Assembly (NCBI GenBank): GCA_963662435.1
Contig: OY759598.1
Location: 2,698,507 to 2,762,506, forward strand
DNA: 64,000 bases
DNA from: Dehalococcoidia bacterium
GTDB lineage: Bacteria; Chloroflexota; Dehalococcoidia; Lucifugimonadales; VXLM01
Direction: 5' to 3'
The position numbers and the translations under genes are program-made. The number at the start of each line of letters is the position of its first letter. The stretch's first letter is position 1. The notes beneath the pieces were generated by a model, which was not told the origin of the DNA, made no database searches, and was given only the letters and a program-made list of their open reading frames with translations. Positions 58,412 to 64,000 of the stretch are shown here, in pieces.

Positions 58412-59914
58412 CTACACTGTCTGGATCGCGTACAGCCTCGCCCGCCGCATCCTTGCCCGCAGTCGCACCGGTCGATTCGCCCACGCGGAGATGTCCGACT
58501 CCCCGTTCCACGTCACTATATGGCACGTGCTGTCGCCTGTGAACGCGTCGCAGTCCTCGAACGTTCTGCCCGGAACCGGCGTCGACGACTCCGCGGACAC
58601 GCCCTGTCCGAACTTGCCCATGTTCTCATCGGACGAGTCCGTCAGCTCGAAGCTTATCTCACCGCCGAACCGCGTCCAGGCGTTGATCGTCAGCTTCCCG
58701 CCCTCGAACGTGATGGGCACCGTCGAAAAACTGCCCTCGTCACGCGACTCCAACGATACGAAACCGTCCTTCCGCCATGTTGCAGTCGACCAGTGCCCGC
58801 CATGTGTGCCGGACGTTCGCGTTACGCCGTAGTGCCCCTCGTTGTGAGTGTGCCAGGTCGCGGAAATAGGCAGTGAGACCTCGTCGGCTCGATAGCTGGC
58901 GAGACCCGATCCGGCGTAGTAGCCGCCCTCCGAGGGCGTTCCCGGCTCCCCACCGGGCGCCATCGGCTCCCGCGTCAGTCGCTCGAAGGTCACCCCGTCC
59001 CGCCCAGTGAGCATCTGGATCTCGACGATGTCGGCGTTCCTCTGATAGAAGGCCGGGAACATCAGGTAGGCGTCCGCGTCGGGCCAGGGAGTGTAGGCGT
59101 TCGTGTAGATGTCCGTGTCCGGACCGTCCAGCGCGTCAGCGGAGTAAATCGTCTCCGGCCGCGGCCACAGCGTCGCGAACGCATCCGATGCCGAGTAGCC
59201 AATCGTCCGGCGACCGTGCAGCGATCCACTCCCGAATTTCGTCCAGCCCCGGACGTATGCGACGTACTGCTCGCGCCTCGGGTCGTATCCCACGACGTTG
59301 TGCGTGTCGCTGAAGTAGTTGGTTATCAACGGCTCGTCCAGCGTCTCCCAATGCAGGCCGTCGGGAGAGACTGCGCCATAGAGGTTCGGCGCCTGCCTCT
59401 CCGTGGGATCGCGGTAGAGCAGCTTGTAACGATCGTTCGGCCCACCGTTCGGGTCCTTGAATACGCTGGCGCTGTTCACCGAGCGACCACGCGCCACGTT
59501 CAGACCATAGACAATGTTGTTCGCCTTGGACCCTTCGAGCTCCACCGTCCCGATCGAAGGCTTCGTCCACGTCTCGCCGTCGGTCGATTCCGCGTAGGCC
59601 AGCATCATCGGATGCGACCCGTCGTCCCCGCCTTCCTGGGCACGGATGCGGTAATAGAACCGGTAGACCCCATCGTCCTCGAAGAGCACGCCATGACTCC
59701 CGACGGTCGCCTCCCAAGGCTTGTCCGCGCTCAGGAACGGCCCGTCGTCGATGCGCGGCTTGTGCACCGACAGTTCGATCCCGCTAGGCATCTCCCACGC
59801 GCCGGGGGACCTGCCGGCCCACGCGACCCCGTACCCCGGCTCGACGATGTTCCAATCGACAAATACGTGCCTATCGGTCCCAAGAGAGAAACAGGCGTCG
59901 GTTGTTACTGCCAT
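58412..59914 (-). CDS. Hypothetical beta-propeller glycoside-hydrolase-like protein
   Basis: YAESTDGETW, SPDGLHW, SDT.N...YD, R.DGFVS; AAGGAG RBS. Confidence 0.7.
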   Translation of the reverse strand: MAVTTDACFSLGTDRHVFVDWNIVEPGYGVAWAGRSPGAWEMPSGIELSVHKPRIDDGPFLSADKPWEATVGSHGVLFEDDGVYRFYYRIRAQEGGDDGSHPMMLAYAESTDGETWTKPSIGTVELEGSKANNIVYGLNVARGRSVNSASVFKDPNGGPNDRYKLLYRDPTERQAPNLYGAVSPDGLHWETLDEPLITNYFSDTHNVVGYDPRREQYVAYVRGWTKFGSGSLHGRRTIGYSASDAFATLWPRPETIYSADALDGPDTDIYTNAYTPWPDADAYLMFPAFYQRNADIVEIQMLTGRDGVTFERLTREPMAPGGEPGTPSEGGYYAGSGLASYRADEVSLPISATWHTHNEGHYGVTRTSGTHGGHWSTATWRKDGFVSLESRDEGSFSTVPITFEGGKLTINAWTRFGGEISFELTDSSDENMGKFGQGVSAESSTPVPGRTFEDCDAFTGDSTCHIVTWNGESDISAWANRPVRLRARMRRARLYAIQTV

Positions 59915-60227
59915 GTCAATCGCTCCTTGAATCGAGGTAGTCCCGGTCTCGGAAGGCTACGTGCCGAGCTTTGCAGGTGTCAACACGGCGGAGACGGACC
60001 GTCGATCTCACTCCGCCTTGGTATTGTCACGAAGCGAAATCGACTTGACGAACAAGAACATATGAGTTATTCTACCCACACGACGGGTACGCCGCCGCAC
60101 AGCAGCATCCCCGGAAAAGTCACAAAATGTCCCAGAATGTCCCACGAAACATGACTCTAGACCCACCTAGTATTCTGCACTCCCTACGGACCCGTCCCGA
60201 TACTACTGTCCGTTCACGGGTCGACCG

Positions 60228-60236
60228 TGCTATAAT
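60228..60236 (+). promoter_or_regulatory. Extended -10 promoter of the rpsF operon
   Basis: TGCTATAAT. Confidence 0.65.
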
Positions 60237-60283
60237 TCCTATCTGTGCATTTTGAATAGAGTCCCATTGCGGCAGGAGATGAC

Positions 60284-60580
60284 GTGGTAGCGCAGCGAGT
60301 CAGAGACTACGAAGTTGTTATAATCCTCAGCCCCGAGGCGACCGAGGATGAGTTGACAGGCATCCTCGACCGGGTCGACGGTTGGATTACCGAGCGGGGC
60401 GGCGAGATCAAGGAGCGGGATATCTGGGGCCTCAAGCGCTTCGCCTATCCCATCAAGAAGTTCATGGAGGGCAACTACTCCCTCACGACCTTCAAGCTCG
60501 ACGTTGGCATGGCCCAGAACCTCGACAGGTACCTGAAGTCCTCCGAGGACATTCTGCGGGCGCTCGTCGTCAGGCTGTAG
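60284..60580 (+). CDS. rpsF: 30S ribosomal protein S6
   Basis: RDYEVVIILSP, WGLKRFAYPIKK, EDILR. Confidence 0.96.
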   Translation: MVAQRVRDYEVVIILSPEATEDELTGILDRVDGWITERGGEIKERDIWGLKRFAYPIKKFMEGNYSLTTFKLDVGMAQNLDRYLKSSEDILRALVVRL

Positions 60581-60595
60581 AGGGCAAGACCAACC

Positions 60596-61018
60596 ATGTC
60601 AATGAACAAAGTCCTCATAATCGGCAACGTGGGCGGCGACCCGGAGATGAGGTACACCCCTAACGGGAATCCCGTAACCTCCTTTTCCGTTGCCACGAAT
60701 CGTCGGTTTACCGTCGAAGGCGAGCAGCGTGAGGAAACCCAGTGGTTCCGTGTTTCGGCATGGAATCGTCTCGCCGAGACATGCAACCAGTACGTGACAC
60801 GAGGGATGAAGGTTTACGTCGAGGGTAGGTTGAGCGTCCGAGAGTACGTCGGTCAGGACGGACAGACTCGTACCAGCGTGGACGTAAACGCCTTTGACGT
60901 TAGATTCCTGGACCGTCCCGGCGATGGCGGACCCGCGCAGGGCGGCGACGTGGGCGGCGGTGGCGGTGGATATGCCCCCGGCCCGCCTCCGGACGGCGCG
61001 GAAGACCTGCCCTGGTAG
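60596..61018 (+). CDS. ssb: Single-stranded DNA-binding protein
   Basis: MNKVLIIGNVGGDPEMRYT, VYVEGRL, C-terminal EDLPW. Confidence 0.97.
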   Translation: MSMNKVLIIGNVGGDPEMRYTPNGNPVTSFSVATNRRFTVEGEQREETQWFRVSAWNRLAETCNQYVTRGMKVYVEGRLSVREYVGQDGQTRTSVDVNAFDVRFLDRPGDGGPAQGGDVGGGGGGYAPGPPPDGAEDLPW

Positions 61019-61063
61019 CAATACGACCGACTATTCATTAGAGAGACGAGGGAGACGACTCAC

Positions 61064-61498
61064 GTGACAACCGAATCACCACGACCAAGCACTCCGCCGG
61101 GCCCACCGCAGGACAGGCCTTCAGGCCCACCGCAATCAGGCCCGCGCCCTCCGCAGGATCGACCTTCAGGTCCACCCCGCTCCGGCCCACGACCGCCCTA
61201 TCAGGGACGGCCGGGTGGCGGTGGCGGTGGTGGCGGTTATCGTCGGCCACGTGGGCGGTATTTCCCCCGACGACGACGGATATGCCCATGCGTCGAGGGC
61301 CAGAAGATCGACTACAAGGACATCGACTTCCTTCGACGGTTCCTCACCGACCAGGCGAAAGTGGAGTCCCGACGCAAGACGGGCATGTGCGCGAAGTGCC
61401 AGAGGCCGCTCGCTCGCGCCGTCAAGCGCGCCCGCTATCTCGCCATGCTGCCCTACACGAGGCACCACCGCGCGGGCCGAGCACGTTCCTTTAGCTAG
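61064..61498 (+). CDS. rpsR: 30S ribosomal protein S18 with a Pro/Gly-rich N-terminal extension
   Basis: IDYKD...LRRF....K...RRKTG.CAK.QR.LARAVKRAR.LA.LPY. Confidence 0.95.
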   Translation: MTTESPRPSTPPGPPQDRPSGPPQSGPRPPQDRPSGPPRSGPRPPYQGRPGGGGGGGGYRRPRGRYFPRRRRICPCVEGQKIDYKDIDFLRRFLTDQAKVESRRKTGMCAKCQRPLARAVKRARYLAMLPYTRHHRAGRARSFS

Positions 61499-62022
61499 TG
61501 CTAATCCGTCGGGCGATCATGTCCGACGCGCCCGGAATTGCCCGCGTCGACGTCAATAGCTGGCGGTCCACCTATGTCGGCATCGTTCCCGACGATCTGC
61601 TCGCATCGTATAGCCTAAGCGATCGCGAAAGGGCCCGACGCAATTCACTTGCAGACCAGTCGACCGTAACTTATGTCGCCGAACACCAACAAAATGGCAT
61701 TGTCGGGTTTTTGAGCGGCGGTCCCGCGCGAATGAATGACATGCCCTACGCCGGCGAACTGTATGCCATCTACCTCCTCGAGGAGTACCAGCGGAAGGGT
61801 ATCGGCCGGAGACTTGTAGGCGAGCTGTGCGCCTGGCTGCCCACTCAAGGCCTGACTTCCATGTACACGTGGGCCCTCGAAGACAACCCGTATCGACGAT
61901 TCTACGAGTCCCTTGGCGGCGCCGAGTTCAGGCGCCAGACCATGACCCTCCATGGCCACGACCTCGTGGAAGTGGCATACGGCTGGAACGACATCTCGCC
62001 CCTGGCCATCCACTCGCCTTAG
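61498..62022 (+). CDS. GNAT family N-acetyltransferase
   Basis: IRRA...DA.GIARV, ELYAIYL, QRKGIG, FYESLG. Confidence 0.92.
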   Translation: MLIRRAIMSDAPGIARVDVNSWRSTYVGIVPDDLLASYSLSDRERARRNSLADQSTVTYVAEHQQNGIVGFLSGGPARMNDMPYAGELYAIYLLEEYQRKGIGRRLVGELCAWLPTQGLTSMYTWALEDNPYRRFYESLGGAEFRRQTMTLHGHDLVEVAYGWNDISPLAIHSP

Positions 62023-62037
62023 CACACAAGTACCCTA

Positions 62038-62065
62038 CCGTCATACCGGCGTAGGCCGGTATCCA
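62038..62065. repeat. Family-C REP-like hairpin
   Basis: CCGTCATACCGGCGTAGGCCGGTATCCA; related to 62173-62200 and 2513-2540. Confidence 0.75.
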
Positions 62066-62129
62066 GCATGGTGGGGACCAACTTCCTGCCCAACGGGTCG
62101 CCGCCCGCATCCAAACCACCCCTCTAGGT

Positions 62130-62242
62130 GTAACTGTTCAGAATTCATGAGGGCGCTCAACGCACACAGTCACCGTCATACCCGAGAAGGCGGGTATCCA
62201 TAGGCGTAGGGGATGTTCACGCCATGAACCCTGAACACTCAC
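62130..62242. mobile_element. 113-bp MITE-like element carrying a family-C hairpin
   Basis: TIRs GTAACTGTTCAGAATTCATG and CATGAACCCTGAACACTCAC (16/20 match); only one copy in the window. Confidence 0.55.
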
Positions 62243-62351
62243 CCTTGGGTGCACTGAGTCGGCATGAACCACCCCATTCTGCTATCTTGTAGCCACCACC
62301 GTACGTTTTACCCAATAGACCCTCCAAATCCTCCACCCCGAGCGAGCAGCT

Positions 62352-63959
62352 ATGCACATCCCATTCCTTTCACGAACTGCCTGGGCCGTCGCCGTAGCGA
62401 CGTTGCTGGCCTTTGCCGTCGCTTGCGGATCGAGCGCGGGCCCGCCTGAACTCCCGACCGAGGAGGAGCAGGCCCCGCCGCCGCCACCCGTCCAGCAGCC
62501 GGCAGATACTCCCACTCCGCTTCCTACCGCCGCCGCTGAGTCAAGCTCCGAAGAGCCGACCGCCGTTCCCACGCCTCTCAGCGACAGTGAATACGATTCC
62601 GTCCTCCCGATGTCCAAGATATTCCAGGGCATCAGTAGTACCGTGTTCAACGATCTATCCCCGAATCCCGGACTGGCCCTCGACGGGATGCAGTCAGCCC
62701 GTATCCAGGGCGACAAGTCCATGGTGCCCGTCGTCGTGACGCTGATGAGGTTTATCAACCGACTGGAAGTGTTGGAGGAGGCGCTCCTCACGCTCACCGA
62801 GCTCACAGGCCAAGACCTGGGAGGGGACTGGGCCGGATGGTTCGAATGGGTCGGCGCGAACCTGGACGAGTACCGCCCTCCAGACGGCTACCCGCAGCTC
62901 AAGCGCCGCTTCCTCGCAGGCATCCATCCCGGTTTTGAACAGCTCCTCCAGGGCTACGAGGAGACCTCCCGAATCGAGCCGTTCGAGATCGAGTGGGGCG
63001 GCGTCGCACCCGACGGCATACCGCCATTGGAGTTCCCTCCCAGCATTCCTGCGGAGGAGGCCGACTACCTCGAGAGTCACGAGCGCGTCTTCGGCGTGTC
63101 GATCAACGGAGAGCACCGGGCATATCCCCTCCGGATCATGAATCCGCACGAGATGGCGAACGACGTCCTCGGCGGCGAGCCGATCTCGCTGGCATACTGC
63201 ACGCTTTGCGGCGCGGGCATCGCCTACAGCGGCAAGTTCAACGATATCGAGACCACCTTCGGGACGTCCGGCTTCCTGTACCGCAGCAATAAGATCATGT
63301 ATGACCGCGAGACCCTGTCCCTCTGGAACCAGGAACTGGGACGGCCGGTCATCGGGGATCTGGCCGACAGCGACATCCAACTGGACTTCTTCCCGACCCT
63401 GCTCACGACGTGGGGCGAGTGGAAGAACACGCATCCCGACACTACGGTGCTCTCTCTCGACACCGGCGTCTACCAGCCGGGCAGGTACTTCCCTGAGGAC
63501 AATCCCAACGCCACGTACTATCAGTACTTCAACACTCCCGAGACGATGTTCCCTGTCTGGATCAGGGACGACAGCCTGGAGGCCAAGGACGTGGTTCTCG
63601 GCGTGAGGATCGGCGAAGCTGCGAAGGCCTACCCCGTCACCGCGCTGCAGACCGACCGCGTCGTGAACGACGTGTTGGGAGAGACGAACATCGTCGTCCT
63701 GGCATCCGAGATTTCACAGGCCGCCACAGCATACGAACGCGGCGACCAGGAGTTCTCACGCCTGCAGGACGACACCTCGACCGGCGTGCCAATGAAGCTC
63801 GTGGACCAGAGCGGCCACGTATGGAACGTAACGGAAGAGGCCCTGGTGAACGCGGCAGACTCCTCCCAGACGCTGGCCCGCATCCCCACCCACTCGTCGT
63901 TCTGGTTCGGCTGGTTCGCCTTCTACCCCGACACCGAGCTCTACGAGAGCGAGGGGTAG
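62352..63959 (+). CDS. DUF3179 domain lipoprotein
   Basis: Lipobox AVAC; GG...DGIP, RAYP..I...HE..ND, YCTLC, FGTSG.LY.SN..MYDRET.SLW, FWFGW.AFYPDT. Confidence 0.9.
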   Translation: MHIPFLSRTAWAVAVATLLAFAVACGSSAGPPELPTEEEQAPPPPPVQQPADTPTPLPTAAAESSSEEPTAVPTPLSDSEYDSVLPMSKIFQGISSTVFNDLSPNPGLALDGMQSARIQGDKSMVPVVVTLMRFINRLEVLEEALLTLTELTGQDLGGDWAGWFEWVGANLDEYRPPDGYPQLKRRFLAGIHPGFEQLLQGYEETSRIEPFEIEWGGVAPDGIPPLEFPPSIPAEEADYLESHERVFGVSINGEHRAYPLRIMNPHEMANDVLGGEPISLAYCTLCGAGIAYSGKFNDIETTFGTSGFLYRSNKIMYDRETLSLWNQELGRPVIGDLADSDIQLDFFPTLLTTWGEWKNTHPDTTVLSLDTGVYQPGRYFPEDNPNATYYQYFNTPETMFPVWIRDDSLEAKDVVLGVRIGEAAKAYPVTALQTDRVVNDVLGETNIVVLASEISQAATAYERGDQEFSRLQDDTSTGVPMKLVDQSGHVWNVTEEALVNAADSSQTLARIPTHSSFWFGWFAFYPDTELYESEG

Positions 63960-64000
63960 AAGCTGTCCACAACCTACCGATGCGCCCCAGGGCGGGTGTC

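Noticed and set aside
57145..58542. Long antisense ORFs (also 397-1188, 2710-3900, 9461-10711, 21934-23220, 43896-45185)
   Set aside because: They are shadow frames of well-supported genes in GC-rich DNA and show no recognisable motifs.
60240..60283. S6:S18 leader RNA
   Set aside because: A CCC and a weak stem near the RBS are suggestive but too short to support by eye.
63190..63215. Selenocysteine in the DUF3179 protein
   Set aside because: The motif is CTLC encoded by TGC codons, with no in-frame TGA.
1..64000. tRNA/rRNA genes, prophage, transposase or integrase
   Set aside because: I recognised no cloverleaf, rRNA-like or mobile-element coding signature.

Overview
A GC-rich bacterial chromosomal segment. 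Gene content suggests Chloroflexota, probably Dehalococcoidia of the SAR202 type (inference from an LLM oxidoreductase, three Gfo/Idh/MocA genes, PhyH, an orphan Mo-hydroxylase subunit and many Pro/Thr-linker lipoproteins). It is mostly housekeeping and catabolic genes: degV, DAK2, rpmB, recG, pepP, folC, fabF, def, queA, tal, moaA, rdgB, fba, fbp, rpsF-ssb-rpsR, and a peptide-type ABC transporter without its ATPases. There are three toxin-antitoxin-like pairs and three pseudogenes. I saw no tRNA, rRNA, CRISPR array, transposase or integrase. The most unusual observations are: (1) a divergent pair of intact genes with apparently degenerate active sites, one ATCase-like and one PaaK-like; (2) nested non-autonomous elements: 23-24-nt hairpin inserts within REP-like doublets, TIR-bounded MITEs carrying such hairpins, and one MITE inside the loop of another hairpin; two of the hairpin families share a tandem G·A core; (3) a duplicated NDT-vapB block in which each copy lost the opposite gene; (4) an ABC binding protein with a ~185-aa helical-repeat stalk; (5) a 191-nt rod-like candidate RNA or invertible promoter; (6) a 9-bp periodic array upstream of an Xis-like antitoxin. 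Product names come from motif recognition by eye, not from database searches.
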